Shown here: piece after piece, positions 1 through 12,844 of the stretch
Numbering within the stretch: the first letter of the stretch is position 1
Layout: each line of letters starts with the position of its first letter
Source of the DNA: Octopus vulgaris
Taxonomy: Eukaryota
Direction: 5' to 3'
Assembly (NCBI GenBank): GCA_951406725.2
Contig: OX597824.1
Coordinates: 88,598,001-88,662,000, forward strand
Length of the DNA: 64,000 nucleotides
The notes under the pieces: model-generated
Databases searched by the model: none
Told to the model about the DNA's origin: nothing
The model's input: the letters and a program-made list of their open reading frames with translations, nothing else
Position numbers and translations under genes: made by a program

Positions 1-94
1 CCTCTGACTGTCTAAAGAATTCTGTCTTCTCTTGAAGACATTTTTGCAAGCCTGTCACTTCTAAAGCAATCATAGCTACCATGCCTCTGTAGGT

Positions 95-290
95 GGGAGC
101 CAAGAAGGTTTTTTAAATGAATTGACCAATTTTCTAAAAACTTCTTAGCTGATCCCCTTTTGATTCTAATTGATGACCCAGAATTTTTGCCTGATAGGTC
201 TTTGATGGATTTCCAGGCAAGATGGTGTTTTTTACTAATGTGCTCTTTGGATAGTTTGCTAATTTTGCCATTGATAAAGTTTGATAAATT
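95..290 (-). mobile_element. LINE ORF2 linker fragment (RTE-like)
   Basis: Minus-strand translation ...HHLAWKSIKDLSGKNSGSSIRIKRGSAKKFLENWSIHLKNLLG resembles the AW..I..LSG / W..HF..LL linker between endonuclease and RT. Confidence 0.55.
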
Positions 291-361
291 TTGCCGTTGG
301 ACGTTATCAAAGAAGCTTGAGAGGCGGTTGGATAGAACTTACATGGCCTTTAAACTCTAGT

Positions 362-444
362 GTTTGACCCGAGCAAAAATAATTTGTTTTACACCTATTA
401 CACTATTTATTTTATTTTTATTTTTATTTTTGCTCGGGTCAAAC
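362..444. repeat. Small inverted repeat / mini-MITE
   Basis: gtttgacccgagcaaaaataa ... ttatttttgctcgggtcaaac. Confidence 0.7.
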
Positions 445-1046
445 CCTTTAGTTTGACCACATTTTCAATGTGTGAATTAATTGATTCGCTTCTATTTCAA
501 TTAATAAAAATCTGTCATTAGTCTATAGTAGTAAAAACGAATTGGAGTGTTCGTTTGGCTTTCTGGTCCATAGATTCATACCCCTGGATGTCTCCCTCTA
601 CACAGAACACAAATATGGAACCAAAGTAGCACCATGTTCCTGTACAACTCTGGTCCACCGGCATAAATTCAGACCTGTAAAATGCAAACTTACAAATATA
701 ACAATGAAAGAAGCTGGATACAGGGTAAAAAATTATATTTAACAGATTCAAAAATTGGATGACAGCCTAGGAGAAGAATTATCATTTTTGGAATTCCTTG
801 AATCCATTCTCCAAGAAGAAATATTTCTTTTCTTTTCTTTTTTTCCTTTTTACTTGTTTCAGTCATTTGACTGTGGCCATGCTGGAGCGCCGCCTTTAGT
901 CGAGCAAATCAACTCCAAGATTTATTCTTTGTAAGCCTAGTACTTATTCTATCAGTCCTTTTTGCAGAACTGCTAAGTTACAGAGACGTAAACACACCAG
1001 CATCGGTTGTCACGCGATGTTGGGGGGGGGGGGGCACAAGCATATG

Positions 1047-1082
<36 letters not shown>

Positions 1083-1219
1083 CGACGGCCTTCTTTCAGT
1101 TTCCGTCTATCAAATCCACTCACAAGGCTTTGGTTGGCCCAAAGCTGCCAAGCAGTGGGACTGAACCCGGAACCATGTGGCTGGTAAGCAAGCCACTTAC
1201 CACACAGCCACTCCTGCCA

Positions 1220-1716
1220 CTACGTTCTGAGTTCAAATTCCGCCGAGGTCGACTTTGCCTTTCATCCTTTCGGGGTCGATTAAACAAGTACCAGTTACGC
1301 ACTGGCGTCGATATACTCGACTTAATCCGTTCGTCTGTCCTTGTTTGTCCTCTCTGTGTTTGGCCCCTTGTGGGTAGTAAAGAAATAGGTATTTCGTCTG
1401 CTGCTACGTTCTGAGTTCAAATTCCGCCGAGGTCGACTTTGCCCTTCATCCTTTCGGGGGGTCGATTAAATAAGTACCAGTTACGCAATGGGGTCGATAT
1501 AATAGACTTAATCCGTTTATTTGTCCTTGTTTGTCCTCTCTGTGTTTAGCCCCTTTCGTCTGTCTTTACGTTCTGGGTTCAAATTCCGCTGAGGTCGACT
1601 TTGCCCTTCATTCTTTCGGAGTCGATAAATTAAGTACCAGTTGCGTTCTGAGGTCGATCTAATCGACTGGACCCCTCCCCCGAAATTTCGTGCCTTGTGC
1701 CTAGAGTAGAAAAGAA
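1220..1716 (+). mobile_element. SINE family A multimer (~180-bp units)
   Basis: Tandem units of tacgttctGAGTTCAAATTCC (B-box)...gcctttcatcctttcggggtcgat..aagtaccag...; the last unit has an alternative tail. Confidence 0.85.
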
Positions 1717-1814
1717 TATAAACTTCTATTCACAGCAGTATTCTTCCAGTATGTGTATGAAGGGAAATAACTCCATATTTTAAGAATTTGCTCACCGCTG
1801 CGATATTGCGAACG

Positions 1815-2005
1815 ATATTAGAATATCACAGGTAAAAAATTGCAAGACAGATTTTTCAAGCCAAGCCAACTGACAGGGGACATAAGAGTGCACAAGTACA
1901 AAATGGTTAACAAATATCTGTAGTCTCAGTTGCTCGTTCTTAGAAATCCAGCCGGAAAATGTAAGGACGGTTGCTTCTGGTAGGACCCTGTGGAGGAGGT
2001 ACATG
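1815..2005 (+). mobile_element. Degraded RTE-type LINE C-terminal fragment
   Basis: Frameshifted IFQAKPT..., TKWLTNI and EIQPENVRTVASGRTLWRR resemble RTE ORF2 C-termini (..W...I....I..E....A.DR..WR). Confidence 0.45.
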
Positions 2006-2996
2006 AAGATTCTACCTCTACGAACCCCCTTTAAGATAGTAAGCAGAGATGAATGGATATTTTCCAATACATTTTAATATTCGTGCTTCTTAAGGTGACG
2101 AACTGGCCGGATCCTTAGCACGCCGGACAAATTTCTTAGCGACATTTCGTCCGTCTGTGTGTTTTAAGTTCAAATTCTGCAGAGGTTGATACTTGCATTC
2201 CATCCTTTTGTGGTCGATAAAATAAGTAGCAGTTAAGATCTGGGGTCGATGTAATCGACTTACCCTCACCCCCGTACTGGCTGCCATTGACCCCAAAATT
2301 TGACCAATATTTGTGCCTCTCTCTCTCCCTCTCTATGTGCGTGAGTATCTAGGGTGTTTGGAAGTATGCATATATATTCTTTACTACCCACAAGGGGCTG
2401 AACATAGAGGGGACAAACAAGGACACACAAACGGATTAAGTCGATTACATCGACCCCAGTGCGTAACTGGTACTTTATTTATCGACCCTGAAAGGATGAA
2501 AGGCAAAGTCGACCTCAGCGGAATTTGAACTCACAACGTTGCGCCATACGAAATACCGCTAAGCATTTCGCCCGGCGCGCTAACGTTTCTGCCAGCTGGC
2601 CGCCTGATACCTCATCGCGCGGTCTGTGATTAGAACTCGCGATCCCTCGACCGCGAGTCCGCTGCTCTAACCACTAGGCCATGTGCCTCATTTGGAAGCA
2701 TGTATATGTCTCTCCCACACTCTCTCTACGTGTTAATGTCGACGCGTGCGTGAGAGAGCGAGAGAGAGAGAGCGAGAGAGAGAGAGCGAGAGAGCTCCCA
2801 CTGCCAAAACAGGTTGAATATCCCATTAGTGGTACCAAAAACTCTCAATCCGAATTTTTAAACACTAACTTATAAAATAAAATTGAATACGATATACTGA
2901 TAAACTCATGTTAGCCATGATCCCAGTGGCGAAGACAATAGCAGCAACACCGACTATAAATCGGAATGTAAAGGCAAATTTCGACCGGTAGATTCG

Positions 2997-3034
<38 letters not shown>

Positions 3035-4260
3035 GGAGTAAACACATAAATGTGAAACAAGGTGGAAAAAAGGGTACTCAAATACCAGGGGTATAGTAAT
3101 ATTTTTTATTTAAAAGCAGCAGAAATTCAACAAAACCTGTTACTCGGAGTTTCACGCTCCCGTTCAAATTCCGCCGAGGTCGACTTTGCCTTTCATCCTT
3201 TCGGGGTCGATAAATTAAGTACCAGTTACGCACTGGGGTCGATGTAATCGACTTAATACCTATGTCTGTCCCTTGTTTGTCCTCTCTGTGTTTAGCCCCT
3301 TGTGGGTAGTAAAGAAATAGGTTTGGTAGCCTTCAACTAACACTATCTCCTCCAAGACCCTGCGGCGCAAGTTGACCAAAATTGAGAGTATGATAGAAGA
3401 AGGCCTGCTCTTCCTTCCATAGAAGAAAAAATTCAAATCGGACCTTGTTAACACCAAAAATTATTTACATCTAGAAGGTGCTTTTTTTCTATGAAAATCC
3501 CATTTTTTACGATTTTTTGACTACTGTGTCGCCATATTTCGGTGTATTTCAACCAGAAAAATGTTCACTTAAAGAGTATAACAAGCTACATAATGCAAAA
3601 TATTTACTTTTCAAAAAAGATTGAAACTATATCAAGACTTTATTAAGGTGACATCAAAGTCTGCCGTTTTAAGCGCAACTAAAAAAACCCGAGCAATGCC
3701 TGGCTATACTGCTAGTATATTAATAGTTTTCTTTAAAGACGGCGAACTGGCATTTCGTCTGTCTTTACATTCTGAGCTCAAATTCCACCGATGTCGACTT
3801 TGCCTTTCATCCTTTCGGGGTCGACAAAATAAGTACCAGTTACGCACTGGGGAACGATTTAACCAACTTAGACCCGCCGCCGAAAATGTTGATCAAATGT
3901 CAAAATCTGAAACCAATAACTTTCTCATTTGAGTTATTTCCCTTGGATCGTCATCTAGAAATTATTTCCCTGACTTCAAGCTAACCGTCTTTGATGACAC
4001 ACCCCCACCTTTTTTTTTCTTTGATATCGCCTTTTTATTTCCTCAGAGGAAGAATTTACTTAATTAAAAACAGAGAAGAACACATACATACATACATACA
4101 TCCTTCAAAAGTCGGAGCACTGCATCCTTCAAAACTTCCATGCTTCCTGAGATTCGCCAACATTACACCTGATTTCCTCCCCTCCATACACACGCAAGCA
4201 TGTATCTGATTCATACACTGTTCACTTTCCAGACATTTGTACATTACTGCATAGGCTTTA

Positions 4261-4494
4261 TCGGACCTTGTTAACACCAAAAATTATTTACATCAAAAAG
4301 GTGCTTTTTTTCTATGAAAATCCCTATTTTTTACGATTTTTTGACTGCTGTGTCGCCATTTTCGGTTTATTTCAACCAGAAAAATGTTCACTTAAAGAGA
4401 ATAACAAGCTACATAATGCAAACTTTTTACTTTTCAAAAATTCCAATTCTAAAAGGTAGTAATTAACCCGAGCAACGCCGGGCTATACTGCTAG
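4261..4494 (+). mobile_element. Helitron-type 3' fragment (related copy ~3437-3715)
   Basis: Shared body tcggaccttgttaacaccaaaa..., ending acccgagcaacgccgggctatactgCTAG|T. Confidence 0.7.
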
Positions 4495-5729
4495 TTTTTA
4501 ATAAAGACAAAAAGAAAAAAGGGAGCGCTTAACTTCCCTTTGAGAGGGGTAACTTATACGTCATATATTTGTATATTATGTCAAAAGCCTCCTTTCACGT
4601 GATCTAAGTTCATTAAGCAATTATGTAGCTGTTATGTATTTTTTTGTTTTAATAGAGAAAAGCAAGTTCTAACTTGCCTCACAAGATATGGATTACGATC
4701 GGAAATAACTTTATATATAGGCTGACTATAATTAAGGCAGAACAGTCACTACGTTGTGTAGAATATATAAGAGGAATAAAGAAGAATTTACTCAAAATAA
4801 ATACAGACTAATGTAATTTTAAGTCGGACAATTGAGAGAAATATCCTTTTAACACAGGAAAATAAATTGTTCTTTTACTTTTTTCAGTTATCAGACAGCG
4901 TCTCGGCTGGGGCACCACCATGGAGGGTCTAGTCCAGGGGTTCTCAAAGAGGCTCCGTATGGCCCCTGCGGGTCTATATAAGATTTTTTGGATCTTTTCC
5001 TTTTGAACGGCAGTTTTCAACACAATTTCTAGTTAACTAAACACTTTTAAATTTCGTATACTGGTAGAATGTGTTTTTAAAACATCATTTTTTCTTGGCT
5101 TTATTGAGAAAATTCTATTTGTTGTAACATATTTCAACTTTAATTTCGAGCATTTCGGCAATTTTAACCAATCGCTGACCTCGGATCTTTTCGCTTTGAC
5201 CGGCAGATTTTTTTAATAATTTGTTTGTAACTAAACACGTTTAAACTTCGTATACTGGTAGAATGTGTTTATAAAACATGTTTTTTTTTTTTCTGCCGGT
5301 CAAAGCGAAAAGATCCTAGTATTTTAAGGACTCCAGGAAAAAATTGGCTTTAGGCGTAGGTATTGGTATCTATTGCAAGAAACAGATAGGTTTCTTTCTC
5401 TAACATGTATGCCTTGAACAGTGTAAAATGTTAAAGTGTGAAAAACAAAATATGAATCTTGAAAGAAGTTTCTATTCTTTACTCTTTACTCTCTTACTCT
5501 TTTACTTGTTGCAGTCATTTGACTGCGGCCATGCTGGGGCACCGCTTTTTAGTCGAGCAAATCGACCCAGGACTTATTCTTTGGAAGCCTAGTACTAATT
5601 CTATCAGTCTTAAGTTAGGGGGACGTAAACACACCAACATCGGTTGTCAAGCGATGTTGGTGGGGACAAACACAGACACACAAACAAAACACACAAACAA
5701 AACACACACATACCTAAATACATACATAC

Positions 5730-5810
<81 letters not shown>

Positions 5811-7198
5811 TACGACGGGCTTCTTTCAGTTTTTGTCAACCAAATCAACTCACAAGGGTTTGGTTGGCTCGAGGCTATAGTAGAAGACATTTGCCCAAGG
5901 TCTTCATCTACTTCTTACTTGTTTCACTCATTGAAACAAGTAAGTGCCATGCACTGGGACTGAACCCGGAACCATGTTATTGGTAAGCAAGCTACTTACC
6001 ACACAGCCACTCCTGCACCTATAAAAAATAATTTTTAAACATCTAATGGCTATGAGGGTCCACCAGGGTAAAATAATAATCAAAGGGGTCCATAGATAAA
6101 AAAAATGGTTGAGAACCCCTGGTCCAGTCAATAAAATCGATCTAGTACTTACTCTCAAGCCTGATGATTATCCTATTGGTCTCTTTTGGTAAAACCACAG
6201 TTATGGGGATGTAAACAAACCAATACCGGTTGTCAAGCTGCGGTGGGAAATAAACACAAAGACAAGCACACGCGTGCGCACGTGTATATCATCATCATCA
6301 TCAGTGTCATCATCATGATACTAACGTGCACTTCTCTGTGCTTTCATGAAGCTAGACCAGGGGTTCTCAGCTGGGGCTCATATGGCCCCTGAGGGGGGGA
6401 GGGCATATATTTTTTTGGGGTCCTCACAACGAGATTTTAAAATCAGGGGTCCACAATAGTATGTTAAGGGACCCTGAAAATTTTTTGCTTTAGATGTTAC
6501 AACTATTGCTTGATGTGCAAGCAAGGGGACACAAGCAACACACACACACACACACACACACAAACATGCACATACATGCGTGCATACACTCACACATGCA
6601 TGCACAGACACGCACAAACACATACACATGTTCCCACATGCACATGCATGCACACACACATTCACGCACACATTCACATATACACGTGCGCACACACACA
6701 TGCACATACACACACATATACACACACACACCCACGCACACACACACAAGCATGCACACATGGACACGCGCATGCACACAAACATACACACACACATGCA
6801 CGCACATTCACATACACACATATACACATGCGCGCACACGTGCACTCACACACACACAGACCCACACACACCCACAAGCACATACGTGTTATAATGCTGG
6901 ATAATGTTATCAGACAGTATTTGTTATCAAACTTAGTTGGTCCCAAATTTTTTTATTTAAAATGAATTAAAAGTTATCAGCTTCTTTTAGAATCAAAAGT
7001 CCAGATATTGTTATATCTATTGCTTAATGTTATCTTAATGTTAACAGCTATACTTATTGTTATAATCAGTTATTGTTATCAGCTGGTTTTTGCTATCGAA
7101 AAGGCTTTGTTCCAAAAATGGTAACACTAAGCAGCTCCCTCAGGAGATTCTGAAGGGTATTGTGTTTGAATTGGGTCACAGGAAAGCCATGCCTACAT

Positions 7199-7330
7199 AC
7201 CTTGTTACGTGCATTTAGTTCAGATTTCAGGACTGCACGAACTCTCCTATAACATTCCTTCCTGATCCTCTCTTTCATGCTTGCATGCTGAATACCAGAG
7301 CCTTCATTTATCCCTAAATATTTGTATTTT
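7199..7330 (-). mobile_element. R4/Dong-like LINE RT fragment
   Basis: KYKYLGINEGSGIQHASMKERIRKECYRRVRAVLKSELNARNK matches the YKYLG-thumb region typical of R4/Dong retrotransposons. Confidence 0.75.
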
Positions 7331-7429
7331 GGGTCTTAGTGATGGACACTAGGAATTTGGAAGGAGATGACACCCTAAAAAGTACCTGGAATATATGGGA
7401 GCATGCATTGGCCAGGAGAAGTCTGTTGC

Positions 7430-8200
7430 AGAATGGTTAGAATGCCGGGTGAAATGCTTAGCGGTATTTCATCTGCCACTACGTTCTGAGCTCAAATTCC
7501 GCCAAGGTCGACTTTGCCTTTCATCCTTTCGGGGTCGATTAAATAAGTACCAGTTACGCACTGGGGTCGATATAATCAACTTAATCCATTTGTCTGTCCT
7601 TGTTTGTCCCCTCTGTGTTTAGCCCCTTGTGGGTAGTAAAGAAATAGGTATTTAGTCTGCCTTTACATTCTGAGTTCAAGTTCCGTCGAGGTTGACTTTG
7701 CCTTTCATCCTTTTGGGGTTGATTAAATAAGTACCAGTTAAGCACAGGGGTCGATGTAATCGACTTAATCCATTTGTCTGTCCTTGTTTGTCCCCTCTGT
7801 GTTTAGCCCCTTGTGGGTAGTAAAGAAATAGGTATTTAGTCTGCCTTTACATTCTGAGTTCAAGTTCCGTCGAGGTTGACTTTGCCTTTCATCCTTTTGG
7901 GGTTGATTAAATAAGTACCAGTTAAGCACAGGGGTCGATGTAATCGACTTAATCCATCTCTCTGTCTTTGTTTGTCTCCTCTGAGTTTAGCCCCTTCTGG
8001 ATAGTAAAGAAATAGGTATTTAGTCTATCTTTACATTCTGAGTTCAAATTCCGCCAAGGCCGACTTTGCCTTTCATCCTTTCGGAGTCGATTAAATAAGT
8101 ACCAGTTACACACTGGTGTTGATCTAATCGACTTAAACCCTTTGTCTGTCCTTGTTTGTCCCCTCTGTGTTTAGCCCCTTGTGGGCAATAAAGAAATAGA
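7430..8200 (+). mobile_element. SINE family A tetramer
   Basis: Head remnant plus four head-to-tail ~180-bp units. Confidence 0.88.
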
Positions 8201-8858
8201 AATAAGGACAAGTCTGTGGGATTGCAACCCAGCAAGCCCACTGACTTAACCTAGCAAGTCCATACTGGTCAGTGGAGGTTTGTGTGTAGGTGTGTGGCTT
8301 AGTGGTTAGGATGTTGGACTCATGATCATAAGATTGTGGTTTCAATTCCTAGACTGGGTGACACGTTGTGTTCCTTAGCAAAACACTTAATTTCATGCTG
8401 CTCCAGTCCACTCAGCTGGCAAATATGAGTAATCTTGTGACAGACCGGCATCCCGTCCAGGTGGGTAATATATACACCAGGGGACCACCGCGAAACTAGC
8501 TGTCATGAGTCAGCATGACTGGAGAAGGTAAATTTTACTAGTGGACGTTTCTGCTGCTGGACCGAAGGCCATGTTTAAGTGCTCAGAATTGGGCCAGAAA
8601 GGAAGTTGTCTTCGAATGGCCAGGCAGAAGATGCTAATACCTACCTACATTAATTCAAAGAGTTGCGTAATAATCCCTCCTATTATCAGCATAAGGCCTG
8701 AAATTTGTGGGGAGGGGGTAAGGTTGATAAATTAAGTACGAGTCAAACTCTAGCACTGTGATGTAATCAAAATGACCTTTCCCCCAGAATTTCAGACCTT
8801 GTGCTATTAGCAGAAAGGATCACCATTATTATTATTATCATTATTATTATTATTGCTA

Positions 8859-8924
<66 letters not shown>

Positions 8925-9358
8925 GGGAGGCAAGCTTCTGAGTTCAAATTCTGCCAAGGTCGACTTCACCTTTCATCATTCCAGGGTCAATAAATTAAGT
9001 ACCAGTGAAACACATGGGTCAATGTAATCAACTAGTCCCCTCCCCCAAAATTTCCAGCTACCAAGTCTTACTCACAAGGCTTTTGTTGGCCTGGGACTAT
9101 AACAGAAGATATTTTCCCAAGGTGCCATGGAGTGGGAGTGAACCCAGATCCATATGGTTTGGAAGCAGACTTCTTATTTCTTTATTACCCACAAAGGGCT
9201 AAACATAGAGGCGACAAACAAGGACAGACAAAGGGATTAAGTCAATTACTTCAACCCCAGTGCATAACTGGTACTTAATTTATCGACCCCGAAAGGATGA
9301 AAGACAATTTGTGCCTCATGATTGGCACAAACAAAATTAGTAGAAAGGCTTATTATTA

Positions 9359-9404
<46 letters not shown>

Positions 9405-9583
9405 GGCCTCAAGCTGGCAGAATCGTTACCATTCCAGGCAAAATGCTTAACAGTATTTCATCCATCTATATGTTCTGAGTTCAAATTTGGAGTTGATAAA
9501 TTAAGTACCTGTTGAGTACTGGGGTCGATGTAATCAACTTATCCTTCTCCCAAATTTCAGGCCATATGCCTTTACTAGAAAGA

Positions 9584-9633
<50 letters not shown>

Positions 9634-9649
9634 CATCATCATCATCATT

Positions 9650-10198
9650 GAGTAAGAGAGCAGTTCATGCCATCAAAGTGACACTGGGGTAAAATATACG
9701 AAGCCCAATATACCCATCATGACTACCCGTCTGATAAAGGTACACCAGGCACATGCATCACAACCATATGTGCGTGGCATGGTGATCTCATATCAAGATA
9801 AACAGCACATGACCTTGTAGGTGGGGCCCAGTTAGAATTTTATTCTGGTCGAGTAGCCCATCCCACTCAAACGGTCCCTGAATAAGGGTTGTTTAAGGAT
9901 GTTGAATGAAACACCCATGTTTCCAGAGGTGAATTATTCAAACCCCAAAGAATCCCTCTCTACACCTGGCTAAGATGCTCCCCCACTACTTCTGCTCATG
10001 ATCAGAGATGCACATACCGTCAGCCACTAAGAGACAGGCTCAACTGGTTATGGTCAAACAACTGACAAGCAAGAATATTGAGCAGAATATTTGCTGTAGC
10101 CCATCTTTTATACCAAGACAAAACAATGTATATGATAACACTTCCAATCAGTTAAGATCAGAGGCCATGAGAGCCACTGTCTGGTACTGCATCAGAGC

Positions 10199-10200
<2 letters not shown>
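9650..10200 (-). mobile_element. Non-coding retroposon-like element with (ATG)n/(AAT)n tail
   Basis: ~550-bp complex sequence bracketed by trinucleotide tracts; on the minus strand it ends in GAT/AAT repeats like non-LTR 3' tails. Family not identified. Confidence 0.4.
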
Positions 10201-10246
<46 letters not shown>

Positions 10247-10855
10247 GGTGAGCTGGCAGAATTGTCTTGCATCCTTTCGGGGTCGATAAATTAAGTACCA
10301 GTTATGCACTGGGGTTGATGTAATCGACTTAATCCCTTTGTCTCTCCTTGTTTGTTGCCTTTATGTTTAGCCCTTTGTGGGTAATAAAGAAATAAGAAGT
10401 CTGCTTCCAAACCATATGGATCTGGGTTCACTCCTACTCCATGGTACCTTGGGAAAATATCTTCTGTTATAGTCCCAGGCCGACAAAAGCCTTGCAAGTA
10501 GACTTGGTAGATGGAAACTGAAAGAAGCTTGTCATATATATATAGAGAGAGAGAGAAAGAAAGGGAGTGGGAGAGAGGGAGAAATGTATGTGCATATGTG
10601 TGTCTTTGGGTTTGTGTTTGTCCTCCAAAATCACTTGACAACTGGTGCTGGTATGTTTACATCCCTGTGATTTATACATTCAGCAAAAGAAACAGAGAAT
10701 AAGTACCAGGCTTTAAAAATAAATACTCAACTCGACCCAGTCGACTGAAACTCTTCAAAGCGTTGCCCCAGCATGGCCACAGTTCAATGAGTGAAACAAG
10801 TAAGAAGTAGATGATAAAAAGTGCTAACAGGTTCACCTCACGAAAGAAAGAGGAA

Positions 10856-12844
10856 ATGTGAGGGCTGGAATATCTCTGATCATAGGTAAGTATTTGACCC
10901 TTAAAAACTGGACAGAGAAACAACAATCCTTACTCAATCTATCTGTAGTAATGTGAACATATGTGAGGGCTGGAATATCTCTGATCATAGGTAAGTATTT
11001 GACCCTTAAAAACTGGACAGAGAAACAACAATCCTTACTCAATCTATCTGTAGTAATGTGAACATATGTGAGGGCTGGAATATCTCTGATCATAGGTAAG
11101 TATTTGACCCTTAAAAACTGGACAGAGAAACAACAATCCTTACTCAATCTATCTGTAGTAATGTGAATACATGTGAGGGCTGGAATATCTCTGATCATAG
11201 GTAAGTATTTGATCCCTAAAAACTGGACAGAGAAACAACAATCCTTACTCAATCTATCTGTAGTAATGTGAATATATGTGAGGGCTGGAATATCTCTGAT
11301 CATAGGTAAGTATTTGACCCTTAAAAACTGGTCAGAGAAACAACAATCCTTACTCAATCTATCTGTAGTAATGTGAATATATGTGAGGGCTGGAATATTT
11401 CTGATCATAGGTAAGTATTTGACCCTTAAAAACTGGTCAGAGAAACAACAATCCTTACTCAATCTATCTGTAGTAATGTGAATATATGTGAGGGCTGCAA
11501 TATCTCTGATCATAGGTAAGTATTTGATCCCTAAAAACTGGACAGAGAAACAACAATCCTTACTCAATCTATCTGTAGTAATGTGAATATATGTGAGGGC
11601 TGGAATATCTCTGATCATAGGTAAGTATTTGACCCTTAAAAACTGGTCAGAGAAACAACAATCCTTACTCAATCTATCTGTAGTAATGTGAATATATGTG
11701 AGGGCTGGAATATCTCTGATCATAGGTAAGTATTTGATCCCTAAAAACTGGTCAGAGAAACAACAATCCTTACTCAATCTATCTGTAGTAATGTGAATAT
11801 ATGTGAGGGCTGGAATATCTCTGATCATAGGTAAGTATTTGACCCTTAAAAACTGGTCAGAGAAACAACAATCCTTACTCAATCTATCTGTAGTAATGTG
11901 AATATATGTGAGGGCTGGAATATCTCTGATCATAGGTAAGTATTTGACCCTTAAAAACTGGTCAGAGAAACAACAATCCTTACTCAATCTATCTGTAGTA
12001 ATGTGAACATATGTGAGGGCTGGAATATCTCTGATCATAGGTAAGTATTTGACCCTTAAAAACTGGACAGAGAAACAACAATCCTTAATCTATCTGTAGT
12101 AATGTGAATATATGTGAGGGCTGGAATATCTCTGATCATAGGTAAGTATTTGATCCCTAAAAACTGGTCAGAGAAACAACAATCCTTACTCAATCTATCT
12201 GTAGTAATGTGAATATATGTGAGGGCTGGAATATCTCTGATCATAGGTAAGTATTTGACCCTTAAAAACTGGTCAGAGAAACAACAATCCTTACTCAATC
12301 TATCTGTAGTAATGTGAATATATGTGAGGGCTGGAATATCTCTGATCATAGGTAAGTATTTGATCCCTAAAAACTGGACAGAGAAACAACAATCCTTACT
12401 CAATCTATCTGTAGTAATGTGAATATATGTGAGGGCTGGAATATCTCTGATCATAGGTAAGTATTTGACCCTTAAAAACTGGTCAGAGAAACAACAATCC
12501 TTACTCAATCTATCTGTAGTAATGTGAATATATGTGAGGGCTGGAATATCTCTGATCATAGGTAAGTATTTGATCCCTAAAAACTGGACAGAGAAACAAC
12601 AATCCTTACTCAATCTATCTGTAGTAATGTGAACATATGTGAGGGCTGGAATATCTCTGATCATAGGTAAGTATTTGATCCCTAAAAACTGGACAGAGAA
12701 ACAACAATCCTTACTCAATCTATCTGTAGTAATGTGAACATATGTGAGGGCTGCAATATCTCTGATCATAGGTAAGTATTTGATCCCTAAAAACTGGACA
12801 GAGAAACAACAATCCTTACTCAATCTATCTGTAGTAATGTGAAC
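10856..12844. repeat. Tandem array of ~19 near-identical 105-bp units
   Basis: Unit atgtgagggctggaatatctctgatcataggtaagtatttgacccttaaaaactggacagagaaacaacaatccttactcaatctatctgtagtaatgtgaacat. Only a few SNP variants; one unit near 12086 has a 4-nt deletion. Source of the 401-aa and 282-aa repeat ORFs. Confidence 0.97.

Noticed and set aside
1007-1414. Recurring ORFs containing LRSEFKFRRGRLCLSSF or HSQGFGRPEAIVEDTCPRCHAVG
   Set aside because: Translations of non-coding SINE families A and B.
6378-6965. His/Thr- or Cys/Val-rich ORFs (also 52379-52965, 61003-61745, 17707-18069)
   Set aside because: Translations of (CA)/(TG)/(TA) microsatellites.
10856-12844. CRISPR-like array
   Set aside because: Units are identical end to end with no unique spacers; eukaryotic context; no cas genes.
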